A stretch of 64,000 nt of DNA from Escherichia coli (GTDB lineage Bacteria; Pseudomonadota; Gammaproteobacteria; Enterobacterales; Enterobacteriaceae): NCBI RefSeq assembly GCF_024700885.2, contig NZ_CP117016.1; one strand, 5' to 3'. The position numbers and the translations under genes were made by a program. The first letter of the stretch is position 1. Every line of letters starts with the position of its first letter. The notes beneath the pieces were generated by a model. That model was not told the origin of the DNA and did not search any database. It saw only the letters and a list, made by a program, of their open reading frames with translations. This document shows, in pieces, positions 17,206 to 27,834 of this stretch.

Positions 17206-18406
17206 TGCATGCCTCCAACCTCATTTCTATCGTCTGTGCCGCAGACTCAACGGAGAATTGTTCTTTCAACAATATATTCGCCCCCGAACCAAGTTGCCGG
17301 CGCACATCAATATCATGCAACATTAATAGCGCAGATTGACATAATTTATCGTCCTCACCATTGACATGGATTAATCCCGCATTATTTTGATTGACAATGT
17401 CGAGCAAATCATTTCCGGCATTTACGCTACCTAAAATAGGTAGCGACTGAACCATATAGCCTAATAACTTACCAGGAAAATTATGGGAAGAGTGTCTAGC
17501 GGAAAGAGAAAACAAGCCGATATCCATTTCCGACAAAATGAACTTAAATTCATCTTGGTTAACCGAGGGCAAATAGGTGAAATTCGTCAATGCCCACTCA
17601 GATGCTAATGAATTAATTAATTCAACTTCATCCCCCTGGCCAATAAATAGGAAATGAGCTTGAGGATATGCTGCCATGTTTCTCACAAGTCGCATCAAGT
17701 TTGTCATGTCCTGTGCATGACCTATGTTTCCACCATAGAAGAAAATGGTTTTATCCTCTAGGCCAAGTCGCTTACGTAGTGGTATATAATCCTTGGGTAT
17801 GATCGTTGGTGTTAGGGATGCCCAATTACGCAAAACTTCGCACGGATAGCCTTTATTATCTTTCCGAAAAACATCAAGATTCTTATCAGACATAAGTCCA
17901 ATACGATTTGCCTGACGATAAGATATTTTTTCAAAAAGACGAAAGTAGCGTTCTATTGGGGAACCAGCATTAAGCATTCCTGCATCAATTACCCATTGTG
18001 GAAACATATCTCTTAAAATAAGATAAGCAGGACATTGGCAACGAGCTTTAATTTTTTTAACTAAAGGCCCCCAGAATATGGAAGGTGAATAATAAATCAC
18101 CCCCTCAAAGGTCTCTTTTTTTACCCATTTTTTGATGGCTTTCCACGCCCGATAGGACAAAAGCGTTTCATTGACCGCTCGCTGAATTTTACTTACATCC
18201 TTGAGCGGCCCGCTTTTAAAACGCCATGTTTTTACCCCCTGAAAGGTATCAAAAGAAATCTCTTCTTGCATGCCCGTACCAGGAGTAATTACCGTAACAT
18301 CGTGCCCACGCTGGATAAATTCTTGAGCAAGTTCATGAAACATTTTTGCACCAACACGAGTACTGTTGGGCAGGTAATCATCTATGATTAAAGCAAGTTT
18401 CATCAA
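17192..18406 (-). CDS. wbuB: GT4-family glycosyltransferase, probable L-FucNAc transferase (WbuB-like)
   Basis: 404-aa ORF MMKLALIIDDYLPNSTRVGAKMFHELAQEF...; immediately downstream of fnlC as in other fnl-type clusters. Confidence 0.65.
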   Translation of the reverse strand: MMKLALIIDDYLPNSTRVGAKMFHELAQEFIQRGHDVTVITPGTGMQEEISFDTFQGVKTWRFKSGPLKDVSKIQRAVNETLLSYRAWKAIKKWVKKETFEGVIYYSPSIFWGPLVKKIKARCQCPAYLILRDMFPQWVIDAGMLNAGSPIERYFRLFEKISYRQANRIGLMSDKNLDVFRKDNKGYPCEVLRNWASLTPTIIPKDYIPLRKRLGLEDKTIFFYGGNIGHAQDMTNLMRLVRNMAAYPQAHFLFIGQGDEVELINSLASEWALTNFTYLPSVNQDEFKFILSEMDIGLFSLSARHSSHNFPGKLLGYMVQSLPILGSVNAGNDLLDIVNQNNAGLIHVNGEDDKLCQSALLMLHDIDVRRQLGSGANILLKEQFSVESAAQTIEMRLEACNAIN

Positions 18407-19533
18407 TATTCTTTCCAGACGACTCTCTTAACATAATCTGTGTAAGAGTGAACAATTCTGACAACTTTATCCGACACATTTGGCATGCTGTAATCACTAA
18501 CCTGACGTAAAAGACGGACTTCACCTCGCGGTTGTGTTGCCAGAATATCCAGCGCTTGTAATACGCGTTCACACTCTAACCCCACCATCATGACGGATGC
18601 TTCCTCAAAGCCTTCCGGACGCTCATGCGCTTCCCGGATGTTTACCGCTGGGAAATTCATGATGGATGACTCTTCAGTGATAGTACCGCTATCTGAAAGC
18701 ACAGCTCGTGAGTTCTTCTGCAAGTGGTTATAATCATGGAAACCCAATGGTTTCAGTAGATTTATATTTGAATGAAATTCAATTCCTTGCTCACGGATTC
18801 GGTTACGTGTCCTTGGGTGTGTGGAGACAATAACTGGAAGATTATATTTTTCAGCAACAGTATTTAGAATGTTCGCAAGCTTTACGAGCTGTTTTGGAGA
18901 ATCAACATTCTCTTCACGATGCGCACTTACTACAAAAAACTCACCAGACTGTAGATTCAAACGCGATAGCACATCTGAACCATCAATTTGGGGCATATAA
19001 TATGAAAGAACCTCAAACATAGGGCTACCAGTTTTTATGATCCGATCAGCTGGGATACCTTCAGCCAAGAGATATTCACGAGCAATATCACTGTAGGTCA
19101 TATTGATATCAGCCGTATGGTCAACAATACGTCTGTTGGTTTCTTCAGGCACGCGTTGATCGAAACAACGGTTACCTGCTTCCATATGAAATATAGGCAC
19201 TTTACGGCGTTTGGCCGGAATGGCAGAAATACATGAATTCGTATCGCCCAATACCAGTATTGCTTCAGGTTTTTCGATTTCTAATACTTCATCTACCTTA
19301 ATAATAACCTGACCAATGGTTTCCGCCGCATTTTTACCCGCTGCATTTAAAAAATAATCAGGTTTTCGAACACCCAAGTCATTGAAGAACACTTCATTTA
19401 ATTCGTAATCATAATTTTGACCAGTATGGACAATAATATGCTCGCAGTATTCATCAAACTTAGCAAGAACCCTCGACAAACGGATAATCTCAGGACGGGT
19501 TCCAACAACAGACATAACTTTTAATTTTTTCAT
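18403..19533 (-). CDS. fnlC: UDP-N-acetylglucosamine 2-epimerase (non-hydrolysing), FnlC-type
   Basis: 376-aa ORF MKKLKVMSVVGTRPEIIRLSRVLAKFDEY...HTGQNYDYELNEVFF (WecB/MnaA fold). Confidence 0.8.
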   Translation of the reverse strand: MKKLKVMSVVGTRPEIIRLSRVLAKFDEYCEHIIVHTGQNYDYELNEVFFNDLGVRKPDYFLNAAGKNAAETIGQVIIKVDEVLEIEKPEAILVLGDTNSCISAIPAKRRKVPIFHMEAGNRCFDQRVPEETNRRIVDHTADINMTYSDIAREYLLAEGIPADRIIKTGSPMFEVLSYYMPQIDGSDVLSRLNLQSGEFFVVSAHREENVDSPKQLVKLANILNTVAEKYNLPVIVSTHPRTRNRIREQGIEFHSNINLLKPLGFHDYNHLQKNSRAVLSDSGTITEESSIMNFPAVNIREAHERPEGFEEASVMMVGLECERVLQALDILATQPRGEVRLLRQVSDYSMPNVSDKVVRIVHSYTDYVKRVVWKEY

Positions 19534-20636
19534 TATAGAGGTCTCGCAATAGTATCGGGCTCATCACGGTTGAAAATTTCATTTGCCCAGAGCATGACTA
19601 TTAATTCATCAGTTCCAATATTTGTAATGTCATGTGTCCAACCAGGAACTGTTTCAACAATCTTAAACTCACCCGATGAAACTTTCAGTTCATATCGCTC
19701 ACCGGTAATCACATGTTCAAATTTAAAGCATGCCTGACCTCGAATGACCAAAAACTTCTCATTTTTACTGTGATGGTAATGTCCGCCACGCGTAATACCA
19801 GGGTGAGCAGTAAAAAATGAAAACTGCCCCGCTGAAGGCGTTTTCAACATCTCACAAAAGACTCCGCGGGCATCCCCATAAAAAGGTACCTTGTACGCAA
19901 ACTTCTCTGCTGGTAAATAACTCAGCCATGTAGAATACAATGCACGGGTAAATCCCGCCCCGACAGCCTCTGTGATCAGGGTGGAACGGCTATTTTTGAA
20001 GCTATAAATTAATTCTGCAACTTCACCAACTGTTGTTGAATAAATTGGTGCAACAACTTTATATCCACTTTCAACCGTCCCAGAGAGAAGAGCTATAGCA
20101 TCAGTACAAACATCATCAATATAGACCAGATTGACTGGCGCTGCTGCATCATTGATAGTAATCTCAATATCATTGGAAATATTGTAGCAAAAAGTTGCTA
20201 TAAAAGAATTATAGTTTGGCTTACACCATTTACCAAAAACGTTTGGATATCTGAAAATATAATACGAAGAACCACTAGCAGCAGCATATTTTTCGACATA
20301 GCTTTCAGCTACAGCTTTGCTAACCCCATAAGCATTATTAAGTTCAGCTTGTATCGAAGAACTTAGCATAATTGGTGTATTCTTACCAATAGAAAGGAGA
20401 TACTCAACTATATGCTTTGTTAAATCACTGTTTCCAGAAATAAACTCATCATCAGTCTTAGGTCTATTGATACCAGCTAAGTGATAAATAAAATCGGCAT
20501 CCTGTAAGCCTTGTTCAAGATCTTGCTTCGTTGATTCTCGATCAATTCTAATAAGATCTTTATAACCAAGTTCCTCAAGCCTCAAACATAAATTACGACC
20601 AATAAAACCATTTGCACCAGTAACTAATATTTTCAT
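19533..20636 (-). CDS. fnlB: FnlB/Cap5F-type reductase of the UDP-L-FucNAc pathway
   Basis: Track ORF 19533..20669; start trimmed to MKILVTGANGFIGRNLCLRLEELGY (Rossmann motif at the N-terminus). Confidence 0.75.
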   Translation of the reverse strand: MKILVTGANGFIGRNLCLRLEELGYKDLIRIDRESTKQDLEQGLQDADFIYHLAGINRPKTDDEFISGNSDLTKHIVEYLLSIGKNTPIMLSSSIQAELNNAYGVSKAVAESYVEKYAAASGSSYYIFRYPNVFGKWCKPNYNSFIATFCYNISNDIEITINDAAAPVNLVYIDDVCTDAIALLSGTVESGYKVVAPIYSTTVGEVAELIYSFKNSRSTLITEAVGAGFTRALYSTWLSYLPAEKFAYKVPFYGDARGVFCEMLKTPSAGQFSFFTAHPGITRGGHYHHSKNEKFLVIRGQACFKFEHVITGERYELKVSSGEFKIVETVPGWTHDITNIGTDELIVMLWANEIFNRDEPDTIARPL

Positions 20637-20637
20637 A

Positions 20638-21672
20638 TCATGAATCCAGATTATATTTTTCACCAGCACGAATTGCTCGAATAAAGGCTAATTTTAGCAA
20701 GAGCTCTTTCATGCCTTCAACATCTAACCGTTGAGTATTATGAGAGTTATAATCTTCTATTTCAGATATTCGGCTATCACCTTGCTCAACATATTTGCCA
20801 TAATTAAGGTCACGAAGATCTGGCGGGACACGGTAATAATCGCCCATATCTATAGCAGCGATCATTTCCTCACGACTAAGTAGAGCTTCATATAATTTCT
20901 CGCCATGACGCGTTCCAATGACATTTACCGGATGGTCAGGAACATTTAGTAATTCCTTTAAAGCAATAGCTAATGTGTCAATAGTTGCTGCAGGTGCTTT
21001 TTGCACAAAGATATCACCATTATTACCATGTTCAAACGCATAAAGAACTAAATCTACCGCATCCTCAAGAGTCATCATAAAGCGGGTCATATTAGGATCA
21101 GTTATTGTGAGTGGCTTGCCCGCTCTAATAAGATCAACAAATAATGGAATAACTGAACCGCGAGATGCCATAACATTCCCATAACGGGTACCACATATTA
21201 CTGTTTTATTGCGATCAACATTACGGGATTTCGCGACCATGACCTTTTCCATCATAGCTTTTGAAATACCCATTGCGTTAATCGGGTATACAGCTTTATC
21301 AGTACTTAGGCATACAACCCTCTTCACTTCATTCGCTATAGCTGCTTCAAGAACATTTTCCGTACCAAGGATATTAGTTTTAACGGCTTCCATAGGATGA
21401 AATTCACATGATGGAACTTGCTTAAGTGCCGCTGCATGATATATAAAATCAACACCGCGAGTCGCATTCAAAATACTACGGTAATCTCTGACATCACCAA
21501 TATAGAACTTTAATTTTTGATTATTGTATTTTTTCCGCATATCATCTTGTTTTTTTTCATCACGACTAAATATACGGATTTCTGCAATATCTGTATCAAG
21601 AAATCTATTTAATACAGCATTCCCGAAAGAGCCAGTACCACCAGTAATTAACAGTGTTTTAGATGAAAACAT
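20638..21672 (-). CDS. fnlA: UDP-GlcNAc 4,6-dehydratase/5-epimerase, FnlA/CapE-type
   Basis: 344-aa ORF MFSSKTLLITGGTGSFGNAVLNRFLDTDIAEIRIFSRDEKKQ... Confidence 0.8.
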   Translation of the reverse strand: MFSSKTLLITGGTGSFGNAVLNRFLDTDIAEIRIFSRDEKKQDDMRKKYNNQKLKFYIGDVRDYRSILNATRGVDFIYHAAALKQVPSCEFHPMEAVKTNILGTENVLEAAIANEVKRVVCLSTDKAVYPINAMGISKAMMEKVMVAKSRNVDRNKTVICGTRYGNVMASRGSVIPLFVDLIRAGKPLTITDPNMTRFMMTLEDAVDLVLYAFEHGNNGDIFVQKAPAATIDTLAIALKELLNVPDHPVNVIGTRHGEKLYEALLSREEMIAAIDMGDYYRVPPDLRDLNYGKYVEQGDSRISEIEDYNSHNTQRLDVEGMKELLLKLAFIRAIRAGEKYNLDS

Positions 21673-21713
21673 AATAACCGAACCTCAAATCATTGACAAA
21701 TATACTCTGGAAG

Positions 21714-22892
21714 CTATTTACTTACTTGACCTAACTTATTAGTAATTGAACTCTGTCCACTAAGTGTTACTCTATTCAAAAACATATATATAAAAGATAG
21801 AAAGAAATAGCCGTTAGATCCTAAAACTAAACCTTTGGTATTGAAAATTATCCCAATTAACATCCATATAATTGCTTGATATGTCATTCCAAATGTCGCA
21901 ATAGAAATAGTAAAGATTAAAAATAAAAAGAGTGTAATAAATGTTAACCCACCGTAATTAAACAGTATAACCCAGCCCATATCCGAACTTTGTTTAATAT
22001 CGGGGATTGATGAAGATATGTTTTGCTGTAATCCAAATATAATATTAAAAAAATCTAAATTACCTACAACAAACACATGTTGCTGTAATAAGATATCCAG
22101 AGTTCTTGTGCCATCTCCAGAAACGAACTCATCATAAAATCGAGGAAAGAACACTGCTCCTAAGCTATAAACTAAAACTCCCAAAATCAATACTGTTGCA
22201 ATTTTTATATTAATATTAAGTCTAGAGCAACCGATACCAATAATGGCTGCAATCACAGCCATGTTAGAATTTACGATTTGAGTCAGACAAATTAAAGTAA
22301 TTAAAGCATAACGCCTTTTCATCATAAAAAATGACATATAGATCATCAAAAATGGTGTCATGAAATTTATTTCACCCGACAACCCAAATCCTCTTACTTT
22401 AGCATTTTGTTCCCAAAGATTAACAGAGTCAGACATACCAAAGAAAGTATATAACAATCTTTTTAACTCTGGACTTATATACATACCAAAAAAAATAACT
22501 ATTTGAACCCAGAGAGAATACACTAATATTCGCTCCATTAATTTCAAGTCACCCTTTATGAATCTATTTACTAAATAATACGCAGGAACAAATGAAAATA
22601 AAAACAACATAAATAATCTAACGGTAAAATAACTTTGAAAAGAATGGCTTTTTTGAAACAAATCGAAAACCAAACAAAATAAAAAAATAATTATGAATAT
22701 AGATAACAGCAACAAATTTTTACGATCTATAGATACCAATCCATTGCCCATAGTAATCATAAAATTACGCACTAAATACATAATACCAAAAAATGCAGGA
22801 ATAAATGCCAAATATAAGAAAGGTATTATCAGCGACAATCTAAAAAAAACAACAAAAAATAATAAAAAAGCCATCAATGCATTATACTTCAT
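21714..22892 (-). CDS. wzy: O-antigen polymerase (polytopic membrane protein)
   Basis: 392-aa very hydrophobic, AT-rich ORF with many predicted transmembrane segments; lies between the fnl genes and a glycosyltransferase. Confidence 0.6.
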   Translation of the reverse strand: MKYNALMAFLLFFVVFFRLSLIIPFLYLAFIPAFFGIMYLVRNFMITMGNGLVSIDRKNLLLLSIFIIIFLFCLVFDLFQKSHSFQSYFTVRLFMLFLFSFVPAYYLVNRFIKGDLKLMERILVYSLWVQIVIFFGMYISPELKRLLYTFFGMSDSVNLWEQNAKVRGFGLSGEINFMTPFLMIYMSFFMMKRRYALITLICLTQIVNSNMAVIAAIIGIGCSRLNINIKIATVLILGVLVYSLGAVFFPRFYDEFVSGDGTRTLDILLQQHVFVVGNLDFFNIIFGLQQNISSSIPDIKQSSDMGWVILFNYGGLTFITLFLFLIFTISIATFGMTYQAIIWMLIGIIFNTKGLVLGSNGYFFLSFIYMFLNRVTLSGQSSITNKLGQVSK

Positions 22893-22941
22893 TGTTTTTT
22901 ACCTTCCATACAAATGTCTTAATAAATGAAGATAGCATCAT

Positions 22942-23928
22942 CTATATATACCAGTTCTTAAGCAAATCATCTGTTTTTGAGGTGCCACGCTCTCCAATAC
23001 CATGTATATATGCCGAAATCAACACATATCTGTAAAGAATTGGGAAATAGAGTTTTTTATTTGCATCTGTTTTTTTTAAAAATTGTATTATTTTTTTAAA
23101 AATAAATTTATTGAAAAATATTGATTGGCATATTTTACTAAACGTTTTGTGTTTACTAAATATTTTCTCAACTAGGAATAATTTTTTATTAGTAGAAAAC
23201 ATTTCAGGCCTTACTTTGCTTAATACATTCATACCATCACGTGCTGTAGCACGAATTTTTTTTGTATATCCTTCTATATCGCCACTGTATTCGTGATGTA
23301 ATATTTTAAAATCAGCAAAAATAATTTTGAAGTCATTTTTTTCAAGTTGCCACCCAAACTCATGATCTTCACAACCATAACCAATAAAATTTTCATTATA
23401 TGAAACTATACCTGATGAAAATGCCTTTCTATCAAGAACACAATTCATTGCGACAAAAGTCCAGGCATTCATAGAGATATCAGGACTATCACTAAACTTA
23501 GGGTGTAAAGAGTTCCTGTAGCGATAGTAATTGCTGGTCTCAATGAGTTCATTTTCGAATCTAACTTCCCCACATAAAACGCTTTTACTATTCATTTTTT
23601 TTAAATAGTTCAGCAACGATGATATATATCCACTTGCGGGTATACAATCATCATCAAGAAATATTAAATAATCCCCATGGGCTAGGGATGCTCCGAAATT
23701 GCGCTTAGCGGAGAGTATATTTTTAGTATGTTGATGGATAATATTAATATTTTTCTTTTTATGAATATTATCAGCAACTACATCATCAATTTCTTTACCA
23801 CTATGACTATCGGAAACAATTACTTCTAGGTGTAGACTATTGTCTTTAGCCTGAGAATCGAGCTCAGAGAGAATCAATTCTAATTGAACTGGGCGTTTCC
23901 AAACAGATATTATTACCGAGATATTCAT
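22942..23928 (-). CDS. GT2-family glycosyltransferase
   Basis: 328-aa ORF MNISVIISVWKRPVQLELILSELDSQ... with DDD motif (YLIFLDDDCIP); 4-bp overlap with wzx. Confidence 0.7.
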   Translation of the reverse strand: MNISVIISVWKRPVQLELILSELDSQAKDNSLHLEVIVSDSHSGKEIDDVVADNIHKKKNINIIHQHTKNILSAKRNFGASLAHGDYLIFLDDDCIPASGYISSLLNYLKKMNSKSVLCGEVRFENELIETSNYYRYRNSLHPKFSDSPDISMNAWTFVAMNCVLDRKAFSSGIVSYNENFIGYGCEDHEFGWQLEKNDFKIIFADFKILHHEYSGDIEGYTKKIRATARDGMNVLSKVRPEMFSTNKKLFLVEKIFSKHKTFSKICQSIFFNKFIFKKIIQFLKKTDANKKLYFPILYRYVLISAYIHGIGERGTSKTDDLLKNWYI

Positions 23929-25169
23929 AATTTATGAGGCCTACATACGGTTTTATTTACTTTAATGAATTGTTTAAGCATTCCCATGCCAACGAAAATT
24001 TCAGCTACAATAAGACTCACAATCGCACCCGTTGCTCCATAATATTTACATGCTGGATAAACTATGCTTAAACAAGTAATAGTTCCTAGGAAAATAGATT
24101 TGAAATACTGTTTTTGCATCCCATTAGGTACTAATACAAGTAACCCGACAACTGTATTAAAACCTATGAATATAGGAAGCAATGTCATTAATTGCATTGC
24201 ACCTGCAATTACTTCACCTTTCATGCCGAATATTAATAATGATAATTGGTTGGCAAAAAGTAAAAATGGTATTGCTAAAGCCATGTAAAAAACAAGCAAG
24301 TATTTAAGAATCATTCTAGATTTTAAGTTTGCAATATATGGATTCTCTCTTTGCAAAATGTTAATTCTTGGATAAAAAGCTTGGACTAATGGTGATGCAA
24401 GTCCAGCCAAACCTTGTTTGATCATGTTAGCTGAGTTAAAGATGCCTACATCAAACTTTCCAGATACGCCACCCAATACAAGAGGGGTCAACATTGTGTA
24501 TGCACTAGTCGCAAGTGTTGAACAAAAAAAATGAAATCCATTTTTTAAAATTACTTGAATTTTCTTTATCGGTGGCCTACATAAAAAAATCTCCTTGATA
24601 ATAAGTAAGTAGGCAACGCCACAGAATGAATACAAAATATATGGCATGCTCAATAATAAGGCACTGATGTACATCGGCGTTGCGGGTTTTATAATTAGAT
24701 AAACTGCAACGACTGCTATGCCTCGTGAAAATAGTGACAGCACAGCCATCACACTCATCATTTCCTTACCTTGCAAAAACCAATTTGGATTGAAAACACC
24801 TGCAATTACGGACAGAAAACCAACACATAACAAAGACTTAACGTCGTTAAAAACATAAAAAAAACAGAGTATTATGAGTATTATAGCTGCAATTAGCATT
24901 AATATAAAACGAGCAAGCACCACACCGCAAAAAAATTCAGAATGGTATTTTTTATCGTTATTTAGTGCTATTTCTCTTGTCCCACTATATCCAAAACCAT
25001 ATTCAACAACCATTAACAACACTTGTATAGTTATCAATGAAAAACTCAGATCACCAAAATTCGATACACCAATGACTCTAACAAGATAAGGAAAAATTAA
25101 TAATGGCAGTAGGTAATTGGCACCCTGACTTATTGCAAGGTAAAGAACATTTAGTTTAGTTTTGCTCAA
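23925..25169 (-). CDS. wzx: O-antigen flippase
   Basis: 414-aa multi-pass membrane ORF MSKTKLNVLYLAISQGANYLLPLLIFPYLVRVIGVSNFGDL... (polysaccharide biosynthesis/MOP-type N-terminus). Confidence 0.7.
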   Translation of the reverse strand: MSKTKLNVLYLAISQGANYLLPLLIFPYLVRVIGVSNFGDLSFSLITIQVLLMVVEYGFGYSGTREIALNNDKKYHSEFFCGVVLARFILMLIAAIILIILCFFYVFNDVKSLLCVGFLSVIAGVFNPNWFLQGKEMMSVMAVLSLFSRGIAVVAVYLIIKPATPMYISALLLSMPYILYSFCGVAYLLIIKEIFLCRPPIKKIQVILKNGFHFFCSTLATSAYTMLTPLVLGGVSGKFDVGIFNSANMIKQGLAGLASPLVQAFYPRINILQRENPYIANLKSRMILKYLLVFYMALAIPFLLFANQLSLLIFGMKGEVIAGAMQLMTLLPIFIGFNTVVGLLVLVPNGMQKQYFKSIFLGTITCLSIVYPACKYYGATGAIVSLIVAEIFVGMGMLKQFIKVNKTVCRPHKL

Positions 25170-25247
25170 TGAAGTGCCCCATATACAACAGATATCATTC
25201 GAGTAACTTATTCACATGAATCAATAAGTTGTTTATTCAGGGCAAGA

Positions 25248-26321
25248 TTACGAAAGCCCGCTCCCCGCAAGAACTGACGCCAGATAGTTTCTGTCCATGG
25301 CTGCTTTTCGCATCTTACGTCTTAACCCTGCCTTGAATACCTTATCATTCGTCAAAATATTAATAGCAATGTGCCGTATCCCTGAAAATAAATCTGCTGC
25401 ATTTCCTCTTCTTATTTTGCAGTCGTCTTCATTCATTACCACGTCCAGACGCCAGTGCAGCTTATTCTCCACGTGCCAGTGGTTTCGGATTGCTGTGGCG
25501 AACTTCTCTGCGGTTAAATCAGCAGAACTGATATAATATCTGACCGTCATTTCTGGCTCTTTCTTTTGTTCTGCTATTATTGACCGAAAGGAGACTGCCA
25601 CGCATAATTTCTTCAGACCTTTCCATTCAAACGTGAAATCAAAAAGTTCATCAGGGACATCGCAAACAATATGAAGACGGATTTCGTCTCTGCCGTGACT
25701 CTTTTCACTCATTGCGTAACTGTCATGCTCTGGATTATTTAATTCTTTCAGTGGAAATTTTTCCTCAAAGGCTTTATTAAGCCGCCCCTGATTTCCTTTT
25801 ACAGCGAATAAATAATCACCGCCCTGTTTTTGTATCTTCTCTGCAATATCTTTCTGGCAACCCATCGCATCAGTTGTGATGATTTTTCCTTTAATATCCA
25901 GCATGTTAAGAAGTTCAGGGATAGCTGTAATTTCATTGGATTTCTCATCCGTCCTGATCTGTCCGATGACCAGACTGTGCATTGTTGAGAACGCACTAAT
26001 GACATGAATCGCTCCCTTGCGGCGACTCTTGTCATAAGAATGCCGGAGTGTTTTTCCATCAATTGCGATGAAGTCTTTATCATCTGAAGAATGGCAGTCA
26101 CGCATCCAGTTAATAAAGCACTCGTGAAATTTTGCAGGACTGATACAGGATACAACTCTGGCAATGGTATCGTGAACAGGAATACCATTTTCAAAATCAC
26201 CATATTGCTTCAAAAAATCGAGATGTGTTTCCCCAAAATCCTCTATATCTTCCCAGCCTTCTGCACCCGAAATAACGGCACAAATAGTCAACAGTAGAAT
26301 ATCCGACAATTTATGTTCCAC
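25248..26321 (-). pseudogene. ISAs1-family (H-repeat-associated) transposase, outer copy, N-terminal ~20 codons separated by the nested insertion
   Basis: 357-aa ORF beginning [11 protein letters not shown] aligns to residue 22 onward of the 378-aa inner-copy ORF; roughly 15 substitutions by eye. Confidence 0.7.
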
Positions 26322-26344
26322 TTTCCAGGCTTGTCAGGGAAAGA

Positions 26345-27481
26345 TTACGAAAGCCCGCACCCCGCAAGGACTGACGCCAGATAGTTTCTGTCCATGGCTG
26401 CTTTTCGCATCTTACGTCTTAACCCTGCCTTGAATACCTTATCATTCGTCAAAATATTAATAGCGATGTGCCGTATCCCTGAAAATAATTCTGCTGCATT
26501 TCCTCTTCTTATTTTGCAGTCGTCTTCATTCATTACCACGTCCAGACGCCAGTGCAGCTTATTCTCCACGTGCCAGTGATTTCGGATCGCTGTGGCGAAC
26601 TTTTCTGCGGTTAAATCAGCAGAACTGATATAATATCTGACCGTCATTTCTAGCTCTTTCTTTTGTTCTGCTATTATGGACCGAAAGGAGACTGCCACGC
26701 ATAATTTCTTCAGTCCTTTCCATTCAAACGTGAAACCAATAAGTTCATCAGGGACATCGCAAACAATATGAAGACGGATTTCTTCTCTGCCGTGATTTTT
26801 TTCACTAATTGCGTAACTGTCATGCTCTGGATTATTTAATTCTTTCAGTGGAAATTTTTCCTCAAAGGCTTTATTAAGCCGCCCCTGATTTCCTTTTACA
26901 GTGAATAAATAATCACCGCCCTGTTTTTGTATCTTCTCTGCAATATCTTTCTGGCAACCCATCGCATCAGTTGTGATGATTTTTCCTTTAATATCCAGCA
27001 TGTTAAGAAGTTCAGGGATAGCTGTAATGTCATTGGATTTCTCATCCGTCCTGATCTGTCCGTTGACCAGACTGTGCATTGTTGAGAACGCACTAATGAC
27101 ATGAATCGCTCCCCTGCGGCGACTCTTGTCATAAGAATGCCGGAGTGTTTTTCCATCAATTGCGATGACGTCTTTATCATCTGAAGTATGGCAATCTCGC
27201 ATCCAGTTAATAAAGCACTCGTGAAATTTTGCAGGACTGATACAGGATACAACTCTGGCGATGGTATCGTGAACAGGAATACCATTTTCAATATCACCGT
27301 ATTGTTTTAAAAAATCGAGATGTGTTTCCCCAAAATCCTCTATATCTTCCCAACCTTCTGCACCAGAAATAACGGCACAAATAGTCAACAGTAGAATATC
27401 CGATAATTTATGTTCCACTTTCCAGGCTTGTCTGTAATCGGGGATAATAGAAATATGTTCCATCAATTTTTTAAGTTCCAT
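26345..27481 (-). CDS. ISAs1-family (H-repeat-associated) transposase, intact inner copy
   Basis: 378-aa [66 protein letters not shown]..., recognised as the E. coli H-repeat protein family (YhhI-like). Confidence 0.85.
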   Translation of the reverse strand: MELKKLMEHISIIPDYRQAWKVEHKLSDILLLTICAVISGAEGWEDIEDFGETHLDFLKQYGDIENGIPVHDTIARVVSCISPAKFHECFINWMRDCHTSDDKDVIAIDGKTLRHSYDKSRRRGAIHVISAFSTMHSLVNGQIRTDEKSNDITAIPELLNMLDIKGKIITTDAMGCQKDIAEKIQKQGGDYLFTVKGNQGRLNKAFEEKFPLKELNNPEHDSYAISEKNHGREEIRLHIVCDVPDELIGFTFEWKGLKKLCVAVSFRSIIAEQKKELEMTVRYYISSADLTAEKFATAIRNHWHVENKLHWRLDVVMNEDDCKIRRGNAAELFSGIRHIAINILTNDKVFKAGLRRKMRKAAMDRNYLASVLAGCGLS

Positions 27482-27834
27482 TTTGTTCTCCTTAATTATG
27501 TAAGGAGTATTTGATCATGTATAAGCAATAAAAAACAGCTTTATGTAATGAGGAATATCTCAATTTTTAAACATAAAATGCGAATTGTTTAGTACAAAAA
27601 AGCAGCATTACGTGATCTTTCCCTGCCAGGCTTGTCTGTAATCGGGAATAACAGAAATATGTTCCATCAATTTTTTAAGTTCCATTTTGTTCTCCTTATT
27701 TAAGCAAGGAGTATTTGATCATATATAAGCTGTGAAAAACAGTTTTAGGTAATGAGGGATATCTCAATTTTTGAACATAAAATGCGAATTATTTAGTACA
27801 AAAAGTGTACTTCTGATAATCTTTCCCTGCCCCT

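Larger units (their letters stand above)
25238..27829 (-). mobile_element. Nested ISAs1-family (H-repeat) insertion: an interrupted outer copy (25238..26336 plus 27626..27829) containing an intact inner copy (26336..27625)
   Basis: Two tandem transposase ORFs with near-identical DNA. Terminal inverted repeats cagggaaag / ctttccctg. The 11-mer ccaggcttgtc occurs at 26326..26336 and again at 27626..27636, flanking the inner copy; the ~195-bp 5' end missing from the outer copy is found at 27626..27820. Confidence 0.8.

Noticed and set aside
25238-27829. Tandem near-identical repeats considered as a possible CRISPR array or segmental duplication
   Set aside because: Repeat units are over 1 kb and encode transposases with terminal inverted repeats; no short repeat-spacer periodicity, so this is IS-derived.
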